DNA of 61,974 nt, filler included. It is 11 parts of 11 records of this genome, joined end to end, with 100 filler letters (N's around TTAATTAATTAA, not from the genome) between each part and the next. Parts side by side here need not be neighbours in the genome. Positions count along the whole stretch, not along the records: positions 44,032 to 47,753 come from SRR7504441_3087; positions 47,854 to 52,375 come from SRR7504441_3088; positions 52,476 to 61,974 come from SRR7504441_3093; 8 more parts are not named here. One strand, given 5' to 3'. Below are positions 44,079-57,163 of the stretch, one piece after another. Each line of letters starts with the position of its first letter. Position 1 is the stretch's first letter. The notes beneath the pieces are model-generated. The model searched no databases. It worked only from the letters and a program-made list of their open reading frames with translations, and was not told the DNA's origin. The position numbers and the translations under genes were made by a program.

Positions 44079-47000
44079 CTAGCCTTGGTATGAGCCTTGG
44101 CTTAAGGACGACAAAGCTTCAAGAGTCATGGTTGAAATTATGAAAAGTCTCTCATGCGACATACTTGTGAGCACTTGCAACGCTTGTGGAGACATGCTCG
44201 CAAGTGCTTTCAATGCTTCTCTAGACATAGCTTCAAGAGCTGGGTTGTGCGGTGATACGAGTAAGTCCTTGCTAGTCACTTGAGATGCGGCTTGCGGCAT
44301 AGTCTTCCTTCGCTTGCATGCATGCTCACAACGCTCTTGCCAATACTCCTGGGTGGTATTCAGAGACCAATGAAAAAGATAGCGGGCCACCTTATCTTTC
44401 AATAAACGCTCAATAAGCTGATCTGAGGTGGGTGGATCATCTAAGATGACTTGTTGGAGATGTGCTGTAACTCGTGCTTTGAAGGCATGATCATGAGCCA
44501 TGATCTCGCCAATCTGAAAAGTCTGATGAGGAAATCAAAAGGGATCAGTGAGTGACCTGCGTTATGGTTGTGAGTTTGCAAAACTCGGTGAAGCCAATCA
44601 CAACCAATTGGCTCGAGAGCCAGTGCTGCGACTTGGAATTCAATACTTCAATCTGTCAAAAGACATTACACACTTGCGAGCGAGTACACTGGGGCAATCA
44701 GAGCAATTGGTACCAGTTCCTTGATTCGTCCAGTCAATTGCGATTCACAATGACCCACATCGAAGCCACTAGCACGTAATAGCTTGCCAGCTGCACTGTA
44801 GAACCGGCACTCTGGCATCTTAAGCAACACGCCAACCACACAAGAAACCAGTTCCGACAGCTGGGCTGTTCTAGAGACTGGGCAATGAGAAAAAAGCGTC
44901 GCTGCTCCTGCTGCCTCCAGTGCTCCAACAAGAAGCTACAGACAAAAACTGTCAGTGAGGCACAATATTCTTAGCAGTCAGGACTAGGAAAAGCAATCGT
45001 GGCCGGCTAACTCCCACGCAGGAGACAATCCACTGAGATCCAATTTAAGGCCCACTAGACACACTAGCCCTCTCTTTTCAAGTTTGCACCTGTGGCACTG
45101 ACCAAGCATCTGTTGAAGCAACCAGCAAGAGAGAGAGATCCCAGACACGCTTGATTTGATGTTCAGAAATGTAGCCGTCCTGCCCCCACAGTAGTTCAAT
45201 TCACTAGGATTCAATGCGGTGTGTAAAAAAGAGTGGTTATAACAGGTGGCTCCGGGCAGGGAGATTGCTACAATGCCAGTATATGGTAGAGACCTGCAAG
45301 CTACAGTTACTGCCGAGGACTGCTGCTATGCATCGCAGAGTCGCTGGCAATCCTGGCAATTGTTGCCAGTTGTGCGGCTTTGACGGGATTTTATCCATCA
45401 GCACCTAATTTCCACACATTATTTGGTTCTGCAATCAGGGACTCGACTACCTGTGCTATTGTACGTCTCTTGTCAGCCGGGACCAACTCGTACCAGCCAG
45501 CATTCAAAACAGAGGCTGCAAGAAGCAAATTGCAACAAGAGACTTGCAGTGGGCATTGCAGATATGATAGAAGCCGCGAAGTGACCTTACATACAGACCT
45601 TGAGGCCGATAATACAGGAATGGACTCACCAACTCTGATGACAGAGAAGGAAGTTCGGCCTTGACATGTTGCAGCAGCAAGGTCAAATTCTGCTCACTTA
45701 ATCTTAGCTTTGGCACAGCTTGTCCTGGATCGGGATTGGGAAGCAGGATTGGCATTAACGTATCACGTACACCAAGACAGCCATGCATGAGCAGTGCCTT
45801 CCACGCATCAAGGCCAAGTGATGCTACAAGTATGTGATCGTGGAAAGCATATTCGAGCAGGCGAGTCTGCATCTCCTTTGCATCACTTGATGGCCATTGC
45901 AAAAAGCTAGCAACAAATCCATCACGCACGAGATCGAAAAGCTGGCCTGAGTGATCGCTCAGCAAGTCAGCATGACACTGCATCCACACCGGGAGTCAGT
46001 TATCAGGCAGACTAAGTAGCTTGCCTCCAATACACCGGCAACAATTCGCTGGAGCTTCAGTGATGAAGGAAATCCAGCCAAATCGTCATGAGTCGAGGTT
46101 GAGCACAGAGTTACAAATTTTCCGAGCCCCTGATCAGATTTTGTGAGACTCGAGTCGCAATATTTGCAGACACTTACCATTAACGAATCTGGATCGTCTC
46201 GAAACTGTCCACCCCGTACACGATCCTGCAACAGTCCACAACTCAATTGCTGGAGTTTGTTCGAATCAGGCACATTCGATCCCAGGACCAACATACACCC
46301 AATGTCTGCAAGAACTCCTGCAGCAAAAGGCTGAGCGCAAGTTATCCAGCTGTCGATGACTTACCGCAGATCTTTGGGAACTTAGCCAGGACTTCAGCGC
46401 TCATGAGTGAGTTGACCGGGCAGCCAGATCTCACCGCAATCGCAGTCATGTCGATTGCTGAGATTACAGTTGACAGTAGTGTATCACCATGCTGCGAGAT
46501 CCAGATGCCCTTGCTATTCACTAGAGCCTTCAGGTGCCCAACATAAAACCGCACCCAGCACAGTTTGTCCTCAAACTGATTGCAAGACTTGGAGTCCAGC
46601 AGAGCCTGGACCGATAGTTTGAGCGATTTCGAGATGCACTGGCAAGTCTCTCCGGAAGCAATCTGACCAGCAGTCACAGGATCTTGAGCTGCACAGGTGC
46701 CGATGGACACTAGAGCCTTCCAGACCCCATTGGCCCCCTTGGTGTTCGCATTCTTTAGGGCCAACTCAGCACAGTGCACCAGGGAACAACACCACCGCTT
46801 GAGGCAAGTAGACTCGTTGTCAGAGGGTTTAGCACCTTGCTCACGCCAGCTCTTGATGCGTGCAGAAATACAACCGATGGCTCTTTTCAGCGCATGACCA
46901 CAACTTTCTACAGCGCGGGACCATATCTGACCGCATTCGTCCTGGTGCAAACGCTGGTCATCTCTGCAGTTGGAGAACTGGTACAGTGCCAGAACAGCAT

Positions 47001-47538
47001 CTACACAAGATGGGTGCATCGGGCTGTTCAGTTGCTGTGTTTCAGCGGTATATCCGGTTAGTTCCGCAGCTAGCAGCTGTCAAAGCATGACTCAGTGCTT
47101 GGCTGTACCCGCAGTCGCACCGTGCAGTGCGCCAGGTGCACCAATTCAGCCTGGCCCAGCTCAGACACGAGCCCATCCAGCGCCTCCACAATTGCTCTCA
47201 GCTACACCACGGAGTGAGCAGCCAGCTGGGTGGGGCGATCTACCGGGGATGGTTCCCAGCCGGGCCAATTCTGCGCCTTGTGCTCGGCTGCTCGACCAAG
47301 GAGCTCCCGCACGTCTTCCAGCGAGCCTTCAAACTGCTTGAGCTGCTCGGTGAGCACGCCGTTGCTCTGGCGGACCTGCACCGGGGCGGCGGTGAGCATC
47401 CGGGGCTGCCCGGGCTGGGGGCGGGCAGACCTCGCTGAGCATCCGCTGGAAGTCTTCCAGGCCCCGGGTGAGCGCCTCGCGATGGTTCATACCAGGCGAG
47501 CGCGCAGGGGACGGCGGCGGCCTGCTGCCGGCATCCAT
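44079..47538 (-). CDS. Large helical protein, possibly FIRRM/FLIP (C1orf112, DUF4487)-like, multi-exon
   Basis: Consecutive minus-strand ORFs linked by short introns. NGVWKALV, WVRFYVGHLKALV and LLEYAFHDHILVASLGLDAWKALLMHG recall C1orf112 blocks (by eye only). Confidence 0.45.
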
Positions 47539-48302
47539 TGTGCCGGTTTGTGTTGAATGGGTCTGAGTCTAGCAGGGCTTCCCAGCAGCTGCACTTTCGA
47601 CGGCTCTCTTTGTCTGGTTGGCGGAGGGCATTCACATGGCCTGAACCCACCTGCTGTCTCCTCCGCGCAGCGCCAGATCCAGCCAGGCACGCGACGCCGG
47701 CTGGGCGATGATGGCAGACCTCGCCAACGACGATGAGCTCGCCTCCTCCTTCTNNNNNNNNNNNNNNNNNNNNNNNNNNNNNNNNNNNNNNNNNNNNTTA
47801 ATTAATTAANNNNNNNNNNNNNNNNNNNNNNNNNNNNNNNNNNNNNNNNNNNNTAGCTATCTAGATGGTAGAGATTGACTGTATACACTCGCTATTGCTA
47901 CGCTCTTGCTAGGTTGCGTCAGTGTGAATGCAATATACATGTCCGTACAAGATATACCAGTACATGTAGGCACTCAGGCGTTACCACAATTGAATAAGTA
48001 ACAATTGAAGACTTGGATAATTATATACAATTGACGTGACGATTGTTGATGCTCTATCTCATTGCCTCGTCTTCGAATTCCCTTTGAAGCTTCCGAGTAC
48101 ACCTGTCATCTCTTTTTGGGTGCCATTGATTGACTTAGGCCCGCTGTCTTATTTCCGCAGCATGATCCGTAAGTTCATTGACCGTCGCCTGCAGCGCGTA
48201 AATCAGAGTAAACCTCAAATAAATGACTCAATTAAGTGCGTCCCGGAGCGCCGGCCTAGTAAAGCAACGCGCAGGATCTAAGATGTACTTACATTCTGGC
48301 CG

Positions 48303-51300
48303 CTACTGGCCGCGTGATTGCGCTGCCTTGATGTAAGCATTGAATTCGTCGCCAACAGTGTCCGAATTCTCGACATTCACCACAGTATGCACAGGCTTGC
48401 CACCTTGGAAGAGCATCATTGTTGGCTTGGAATTGTCATAGTCATTTTCATCGTCATCGGAAAGGTGAGCCTCTTGCAACATCTGCTCAGTATCCCTGGC
48501 TATCTGCTCTGCAGCCCGTGCGGCTGCCTTCCTTGCTTTATCCTCCGTTTCTAATCGACCCTTCTTAATCGCCAGCTGTGCAGCATCATGTGCGACACCT
48601 GCCGCTTCGTTCCGTGCCGCGTCAGCATCTAGGCGATGCCTCTCTGCTGTTTCATGATAATCCTCGACCAGGACCAGCAGCGGATGACCATCTCCTTCCA
48701 ACTTTTGTTGAGCACGCGCTGTCACTGTGCCTTGGTCGTCTGCTTGTTGCTTCAGCGTCGCCATCTGCTCACCAGCCTCTCGCCGACCCCGGATTGCTTC
48801 AAGGTAGAGCTGCCGTGCTGCTTCCTCCTCGCGGACTCGCTGTGCAAACTCCAGCTGTCGCCGCTCAACTGTTGCGCGAGCCCGCTTGGCAAGCTCGCTC
48901 AATAATCCAAACTCCAGCTGAAGCAATTGCAAGGCCAGCGCATTCTCTGCAAAACTGGCAGTCCGCATCAAAAGCAGCGGAGGTAGCTGCTGAGACAACT
49001 GTTCAACCTGTACATAGGCTTTTTGTGCAATCTTGGCCTGTTTCTTGGATTCTCCAGCAGATCGGCGAGCCTGGGCTGCCTCGGGCACTTCAGCTGTGCA
49101 CCCAGCCTCTTCTACTTGGGTCATGTGGACATTGGCGGCCTGAAGCGCATTGATGGTCTCTGATTTGTGCTGTTCAATCAATTCTAACAGTTGCAGCTCC
49201 TCAGCAGTGGCCTTGGTATGTAGCACTAGCGAGTCAAGGATACACTCACCTCCAGGATTTGCAAATATCAATGTCAAAAGCCCCTCCTGGTTACCTGGTG
49301 GCACAACACACTCGAACATCTGAGTGTCAAATGCATCAGCAGCGCCGGTGGAGCGGATCTGACATTCTCCAAGAAGGACACCCTCAGGCCCTCCAACCCG
49401 CAGCTCGACCTTTTGATTCCCTGCAGAGCTTGCAATCCGTAGCAAAGCTTGCGTGCACGATGGATGCGCATGATGTTTCCAGGTGATGTGACCTTGAGAT
49501 CCTAGCTTGCCTAGACCTTGATCGCCTCCATTGTCTACTGGGTCCACATTCGACAATTCTGATGCCCCAGCTGTGCCATCAGCTTTGTATGGCGGGAGCT
49601 TAACGCTGCGATCATGCATTGCATGAGCACGCACCAGCTCTGTCACCTTAGATGCCATGTGACCGCAGAAGCCTCCCTCAGCTGCTATCAGTACACCACA
49701 CTCAGATGCATCATTAGAGAGTGCAAGTCGACACACACGAGCTTCGGCACAGCACGTTGAGATGGAAGAGAGCATTGAATTTTCATCTTCGCATGCAGTC
49801 ATGCTCAGCTCGGCGATTGCTTGACCATACAAGAAGTGCCCATCAAAAGTGTGACTTGCAGTGTGCTGCTGCTCACGGTGCAACTTGAACCCAGCTGCCA
49901 CTGTGGAGCTGTCCTTGCCAGATTTTATCTCTGTGACTCGTTGCACAGACCAATCAATCTTGCCCATGATCTTGGCTGTCTTTTCTGAAGGGTCACAGGG
50001 ATATGCCTCTAAATAAATCACACAGCAAAGAATCACCTCAATATCTTGAATGTATTTCACCAGAAACCCCACATAGCGCATCGAAACTGCTTTCATCAGT
50101 GACTGGAGTGCTGTGACTGCAACACAGATATCCCATTGTTTGCCGTCAAGGTTCTGGTCTGGCATGCTGTCATCAAACTGTACCATCGAGAGGCTATGCC
50201 CATCACAACAGAGGTAATGGCCAGAGTGTTGGTTGACCAGCATCCCCACTGGACTAAGCTCCCACAGCTGCTCCTTTCCACCTTCAACGCTTGGCACAGT
50301 CCTGACTCTCTCACCGGCATCAGCCAGCATGAGACCATCGCTGCTCTCAGCATGCTGCAAGGTCAGCGGCACAGCTCCTGGGATGTGGTGAGGCCCATCT
50401 GGTTCACACAGTGTTGCGCGCCATGGAGCAGACGTGAGTGAGCCCTCGAGACTCACTTGACCCCCATTCAGTACCACATCTACATGATGGGTCCTATTGG
50501 TCAGTGAGCAATGCGCCATTGTCTCGGAACAACTCGAATTCAAAACTGTGCTGGTCATTTGTACAACTCGCTTGCCACTGCTGAGTCCCATGATGCTGCG
50601 GCCATCGCCTTGCAGCCACAGGTGATATCCTGGATTGGGATCAGCCGTGACAGGCGCTAGCAATCCACTTGGATCTTCACAGCTTACCCTTGACAGCACT
50701 ACTAGCCCCTGTGCCAAATCCAGTGTACCTTCGAGCTGCTCTGAGGCCCGAACACTTCCAGGTGCACCCCAGCTCGCGTGAGATTGCACTGCAACCTTGA
50801 GCTCAGCTGGGGCCACATCAGCCTCAAATTCAATCGAGAACACAAACCGCCCCCATAGCACTACAGCCGCCTCCTCGATCAACATTCCATTGTAGCTGGA
50901 ACGCAGCAGGAATGGGTGGAATAAGGCTGCTCCGCTCTTGCGCATCTCCCCATACCAGGCACCTGCAGCATCACTCAGTGCCTCGAAAAGCAGGCATTAT
51001 GCCACCAGCAAGATCTTGAGCAGCTCCAATCTCATAGCCCAGATCGTTGTTGAGCGCAGCACTCAACCATGCAATCTCTGAGCCAACGCCACCAGCTGGT
51101 CTGCTCACCAGCTGTCCTCGCAACTCGCTAATCTGGGCGTCGCGCAGCTTGACGGCCTCCTGCAGTTTTGCAGCATTCTGCTCAAACTCCGCCTGATGAT
51201 TCTGCGAAGTTTGCTCGAGTCTGTGCTGCCAGTGGGCAGCTGGGCTGTTCTGATCAAAAGCATCAGGTTGGCTGAGCTGGTTGTGCTGGTCTGCAGCGTG

Positions 51301-52204
51301 ACTGTGGGCAGGCTGGCTGGCTTCTTGATCCAAAAGACTGTTGAGAAACACAGCCGTGAACCAGACTTCGAACACAGGAAATGGCCAAGCTTCCAGCTGG
51401 GAACCGTCGCTCACGCCGCAAGAAGAACAAATCTCCTCGAGTTCGACTTCACTCAGCTTCAACCTCAGCTTGAACGAGAGGTTGGTGCACAGCAGCAGCA
51501 GCTCCTCGCTGGTATTCAGCGTGTCCGAATCGTCCAGGTCATATCGTTTGAACGAAGCTCTTAGAATCTTGTCCAGAGTGGCCTTGGGCGGCAGGGCTGT
51601 GGACGCTTCCACTCGGTGCAATTCGCTCCGCCGTAGAGTAAATATCTGAGAAAGAGTATCCGCGTCCGCAGCCCCGGACCGCTCTCGGCGCCAACTTTGC
51701 ATCAGTGTGGCAAGAGTCTGCGTGAGCCCTGCCGAGTCGTCCGCAGGCTTGCGCGACACCGGGGAGGGTGGGTCCGGTAGCGAGACCGAGCCCTGCCCGA
51801 AGTCAATGGCCAGCATTGAAACTGAAATCGCCGCCGCGAGGCTGGAGCCGTTCACATGCTTGAGCGGATACCAGCGCTCGTCGATCTGGCCGCGGACGAG
51901 CTGATGGTACGAGAGATGAGCCCGGCCCAGGCAATCTTTAGACGAGCCGCTGTGGTCATATACCTCCAGCTGTAACGGCTTCCGGCCCTCGAGCTCGAGT
52001 ACAAATGTCTCGTTCCACTGGGGCGAACAGGTGCCCTCCACCACTCTGCCCCCTCCGATGAGCCCTAGTGAGGCTGAGGGCAGGGCACCGAGTCTTGTAC
52101 TTCTTGCTGCCATCCTTGATCTTGACAAACGAATCGATCTCGCCGCGGCCCTCGGTGCGGGCTTGGAAGCCTTTGGCTGCAATCACCGTGATCTGGAGCC
52201 GCAT
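48303..52204 (-). CDS. Multidomain protein: C2, EF-hand-like, coiled coil, ricin-B-like, CBM6-like, coiled coil
   Basis: C2: MRLQITVIAAKG...SPQWNETF...LEVYDH...LGRA. FKRYDLDDSDTLN. EQLWEL...LVNQHSGHYL. LRIASS...VELRVGGPEGVLLGECQIRSTG. A 43-nt GT-AG intron near 50963-51005 joins the two long ORFs. Confidence 0.7.
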
Positions 52205-52475
52205 CCCGACCTGTCTCCGGAACGTCACGCCACGCTCTCCTGAACGTCACGCCCTGCCACGCCCTGCCACGCCAGCCCGCCCTCGGAAAAATTCCTGTCT
52301 GAGGCAGATGGGGGGCGCTGTTCAGAGCCTGCTTTACTGTGCCACCAGGCTATATTTTACAAAAAGGTGTCAGAANNNNNNNNNNNNNNNNNNNNNNNNN
52401 NNNNNNNNNNNNNNNNNNNTTAATTAATTAANNNNNNNNNNNNNNNNNNNNNNNNNNNNNNNNNNNNNNNNNNNN

Positions 52476-55210
52476 CTCTTTACGAACATGGTTCGATTGT
52501 ACCGCTCAACGCCCAAAGCTCGGAGCACCGCCAGGCTACAACCACGCAGAACCAGTCAGGAGGAGCAGTGAGACTAGAGGCAAGACACCGTCTGGTGGAG
52601 CCGTCGTCCTCAGTGGACACCATGCTCGGGTGAACAAATGAAGCGTGCGCCATCCCCTTTGGTCTCAAGTTGCCATCTTGGAACAGCTCAAGGAACAGGT
52701 CTGTTGCTGTGGTGCATTGCTCCGGCCGTCTGAGTACGTTGTCGTGGCACACGATGCACTCGGTCTGCTTCAGAGCAGAGATGATCTGGGCCCCACAGAC
52801 TTTGAGTGGAGACCCTGAGTATGCCCCAGGCGGTCTGATCAGTGAGTATGCACTCTGCCACACTGGAAGCTCCAGACCAGCACTGCCTTCGAGCAGGAGC
52901 GCTAGCAGCCTGTTAAAAGCACGCGCAAAGAGCTTGGGCACAGCGCTCAGGAGCCACCTGCCCGCGAGGGTGAGCCCAACCGGGCCCTTGGGCTGACTCA
53001 CTCGTTCCAAGGTCGCTGGTGCAAGCGCTCGCGCGAGGCAGCCAGCACAAAGTCTGCGTTCAGCAGGAAAGGGAAGTTGGGCACCGTCTCAGTGGGCAGA
53101 TAAGCGAACACAGTTCCAGTCTCCATCACCCGCTGCTGCTCCTCTGCGGCCAGAGGCAGTGCAACTGTGACAGTCGACTGCTCGACTCGATCCCGTCCTT
53201 CCTCCTCAATCCCTGCTGGCCGTGGCACAGTTGTAGCAGCTACTAGCCACATTTGCGCATTCTCAGTCAACGGGCCGGGCCTCCGAGCTCTAGTCTGCTC
53301 AGAGACCTCCGTCTGAATCAACTCGGCCTGAGGCACAGACAATTCAGCCAGGTTTGCTGGCTGGAGGCCACCGTTACAAGCTGTGGCGAGTTGGGGATGA
53401 GCTGGTCTTCTCCGAGTGACCTAACGAGCCGCTTGCAGAAGGTGCGCTTGAGTGCGTGGCCCTGGAAGACCAGCCGTTTGAGTTTCTTGAGAAACAAGAT
53501 GGTGTATGGAGGCAGCCCCGTCATCTCAGCTTGGATTTCGGCAGCAACTGACGGCGAACCTCGGTCCGAGGACAACTGCATCGCTCCGCGGGTCTCAACC
53601 TGCAGCCCGGTGCCGAGTCACCCCAGGCTGAGGCAGGCCACAACCTGGTGCTTTTTTGCGAGCAATGGCAGGTATATATTTGTATACCCATGGAAAGGGA
53701 GCGATGCACTGCGAGCATTCACTGGAAGCGCGGGATCAAACCCTGGCGCAAAGGCGAGTATCTTCTCAGCGAGATCCATGTCAGTAAGTCGGTATGGCAC
53801 GATGTATCCCAGAGGAATTGAACCAGGTTCCGGTTCCCTTTTGAAATAGAAGGCAAATCCGTTTGACAGAATGTGTGGGGTATCCGTGACAGTGAAAACC
53901 GACTTGAATCCGATTCCTTTCTGACCTGCCCAGCCAGCCTGACACCCGCAGGCTATGTGCATAATCACCAATGAAACCTTCGCCCACTTTTTTGGTCGAC
54001 TTTCCGATCCCGCAGAGAGACTGGACATCACGCTCCTCAAACCCCATCTCATTATTCCTGGCGGTCAGCGCCTTCTCGGACAGCTCGAAGATCGCCTCCG
54101 GTGCCACCCCGCTGTTGTACCGGTTATCTTCAAAGTTCTGGATCAGCTCGAAGATGAAGTGGCACCTGCCAGCTGAATCACAGCCAGATCGGCCAACAAC
54201 GCGGGTCACTTTTTAGAGTAGAGGTCCACCGAGAGTCTCATCACTGACTGGTGCAGCGACTCAACCATATGAGCTGGGGCGTTGCACACTCCTGCCCCCC
54301 CCTGCTCGGCCCGACAGCGTGCGGCTGGCATACCTTCCGGGCCTATCCCAAACAGGTCTTGTCTCATCTTATCTATTGAATCGTTCCTTTCGAATATCGT
54401 CAGCCGGTCGAAACGCTCTTTGGAATTGCGCAGAGTGAACGATGATTTACCTGGCGTGTCCCCGAACGCCCTCACGGGCCCTTCCCGCATCCCGAGGGCG
54501 TTCGGAGCCGCGCTGGGCAAATCATCGGTCGCAGTCGACCTGATCGCTGTTATGTTCGCAGGCTTGGGCTCGGTCCTGTCGACAGCCGGCTTCTGGCTGG
54601 CCGCTGGCTCCAGCCGTGCCGCAGCCGACCCTGCCCCGCTGGGCTCGCTGGCAGTCTGATTGGCCGGCTTGGACGGGGTGATCCGCATTGCGCCCACACT
54701 GGAGCCCAGCCGCGCCGCAGTGAGCGAGGCCGCTGCCAGCTCCTCGCCCACCCCGCGCACCCCAGTGAGCTCGGCGCGCCGGCTGGCTGCTGCCTTCGCA
54801 CGCAGTTCTCTCTCCAGCCAGCGCTGCTCGTCATCCGCCTTGGCCGGTGTCGCCCCTGCAGGCTCCGCCGCTGGTCTCGCAGTGCGTTCTGACGGCTCGC
54901 GGCTGTCGACCCGGGCCGTTGGCGTCGAGGCCTTTTTGCCGGGCGACTGAGCGCCCATCCGCTGAACCAAGTTGGCGATCCGCTGTTCAGTCCGCCGCGA
55001 CTGCGCCGGCACCGGACTCGCTCCGCCCTCAAGCTCCGCGGCTAGGGTGCTGGGGGAACCCGATGCCGGCTCGGTCTTGGGTCGGCCCAGATCGGTCCGG
55101 CCCGGGCGGGTGCTGGCTGCCACTCGACGCAGCCCACCGGCCGGACGAGAGCTGTTGTACACGGCGCGGGTCTCCTGGATCCATCGGTCGGTATCCGACG
55201 AGCCCGGCAT
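52476..55210 (-). CDS. Sacsin/NO VEIN-like GHKL ATPase-domain protein, multi-exon, 3'-partial
   Basis: LSVDLYSK|CHFIFELIQNFEDNRY, NNEMGF...LCGIGKSTK, IG|QKGIGFKSVF, ILFLKKLKRL, VFAYLPT...FLLNADFVLAASRE. Confidence 0.85.
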
Positions 55211-55420
55211 CGCGGAAGTCGGATGCGGGGGCAGCTGGGCGAGCGGCCACACACAAAGCAGCGAAAGCTGGCCTGTGGCAGTCGCAGCTGGCTGTGGGCG
55301 AAGCCGGCCCGCTCAAACCTGTGGGAGCCGCTGCACCTGTCGAATTTTGCTTTTCGCTTTTTCCCAACGGCAACTGAAGCAAGGTGAGCCCATCCGGTTG
55401 AAAGAAGCCCAGCTGTGTGG

Positions 55421-56914
55421 ATGGCCGACGGCGAAATCACGGAGGCGTTCTGCCACGAGGGACGGCGGTTCAACCTGCCGATCCACATCCTGCAGCTGGA
55501 CGACCTGTCTGAGATCCTCACCGTGCCCACCTGGAACACGCTGAGCAAGAAGGAGAAGGAGAGGCTTGCCCCGCTCCTCCCGGCCTGCAACGACGAACAA
55601 GAGCGCGATGCCTGCGCCGCCGCCGCGCTCACCAGCCCGGGGAGACTGGGCGACAAGCGGACGCCGGCCTCGTCGTGCCTGCAGCTGATGAAGAGTGGGC
55701 TGATGCATCCGTCGGTGCAAGAGCACAAGAAGCGCTCGAGGGAGCTTATGGAGCGGCAGCACAGCTACGACGTGCGTGATTACCACAACAAAATGGTGTA
55801 CGGCGCGCTCAACTGGGGCGAGAGTGCGCGGATGCCCGCATCGAGCAACGGGCGCAGCAACTCGGGTGTCCCCGGCAAGTATGGGGCGCGGCATCCGTGG
55901 ACCGTCCCTGCGATACAGGCGGTCCACCGGGTACTGCAGAACTCCCACAGGAAGACAGCCAAGATGGCCCACCTGCAGCAGATCTTCGAGCACGCGCTAC
56001 TACCCGACCGGCCGCCACTCTCCGGACTTGAGTTCTCGCGGGAGCCTCAGGTGACCCAAATGCTCCGGGCAACGCTCGTCTTCCTCTCCCAACGGCCGGT
56101 GAGCGAGCCGCTGGTCCGGCCTTCGTCCGGGGGGCACGAGTGGGTGTGGAGCTCCCCGACTGTCCTAGGGCGGCTGCAGATTGTTCAGCTGGCACAGCAA
56201 TTCTCTGAGCTGCTGTTCACCAATGAGTTTGTGCACGCAGTGCGGGCCAGTGCGCACGCCAGCCTGTCACAGCCGCCTCCCCCAGTGCAGCCTGCCCAGC
56301 CGGCGGCCGCAACAACGCCCATCCTGTCGAATGAGGATGCGATCAGAGAATTCCACAGACAGGAATACCAACGTTACACCAACCCCTACCGCCCGTTCCG
56401 ATACGTCGACGCGCTGACGGGGCAGAGTACTGTTGTGGCCCCGCTCCGCAAGACAAGTGGCCAATCTACAAAGGGCCGGGATGCCTCGGTGCTGGTACCC
56501 GACCGGCCGGTGCACGCTACTGTGGTCGCCGTGGTCCGAGACGCAGCTGCGCGGTTGCCTCAAGGGAGAGGCTCGCGTCAGGATATATGCACGCTCATGC
56601 GGTCGTCGCAGTACATCACGCCGGAGGTGACCGACGCTACGTTGAATCAGGTGGTGAGCAACTCACTCGATCGGCTGCTGGCTCAGCATAACGACCCGTG
56701 TGTGGAATACGATACAGTGCGCAAAGTGTGGGTGTATATACACTTTGGGAGGACAGAAGCAGACTTCCTCAACAAACGCGGGGCTGCGGCCAAGCATGCC
56801 GCACGGTCGGCGCTGGTCCAGGCGGCGGATGGCCGAGCTGTGTACCAGCCTCCGGCTGGACAGGCGGAGGCTGGATCAGGGATTCCAAGTGAGAGCGAAT
56901 CGGATGAAGGCTAG
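55421..56914 (+). CDS. NFRKB: NFRKB (INO80 subunit G)-like protein
   Basis: DEUBAD-like EILTVPTWNTLSKKEKERLAPLLP; winged-helix block FHRQEYQRYTNPYRPFRY...VRDAAARLPQGRGSRQDICTLMRSSQYI...WVYIH. Confidence 0.82.
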   Translation: MADGEITEAFCHEGRRFNLPIHILQLDDLSEILTVPTWNTLSKKEKERLAPLLPACNDEQERDACAAAALTSPGRLGDKRTPASSCLQLMKSGLMHPSVQEHKKRSRELMERQHSYDVRDYHNKMVYGALNWGESARMPASSNGRSNSGVPGKYGARHPWTVPAIQAVHRVLQNSHRKTAKMAHLQQIFEHALLPDRPPLSGLEFSREPQVTQMLRATLVFLSQRPVSEPLVRPSSGGHEWVWSSPTVLGRLQIVQLAQQFSELLFTNEFVHAVRASAHASLSQPPPPVQPAQPAAATTPILSNEDAIREFHRQEYQRYTNPYRPFRYVDALTGQSTVVAPLRKTSGQSTKGRDASVLVPDRPVHATVVAVVRDAAARLPQGRGSRQDICTLMRSSQYITPEVTDATLNQVVSNSLDRLLAQHNDPCVEYDTVRKVWVYIHFGRTEADFLNKRGAAAKHAARSALVQAADGRAVYQPPAGQAEAGSGIPSESESDEG

Positions 56915-57163
56915 TAGGTTGAAGTATCGGATGCTTGTATTTGTGCCCGTGATTGCGCACAAGCGGCCAGCGGCATGATGGTTCGTACTCGCATGATGCA
57001 AATAATACAATCATTGAATTAGATAATTAATTTCAAGACAGTACGAGTAAACCCGTGGATCGCTTTCTAAATCATCAAAACTTATTGCTCATTTGTTCAA
57101 AGCTGTTTAGAAGCTGTTGAGTAATGCTAGTAAATTTTAGTATGTGAGTATAGAAGATACACA

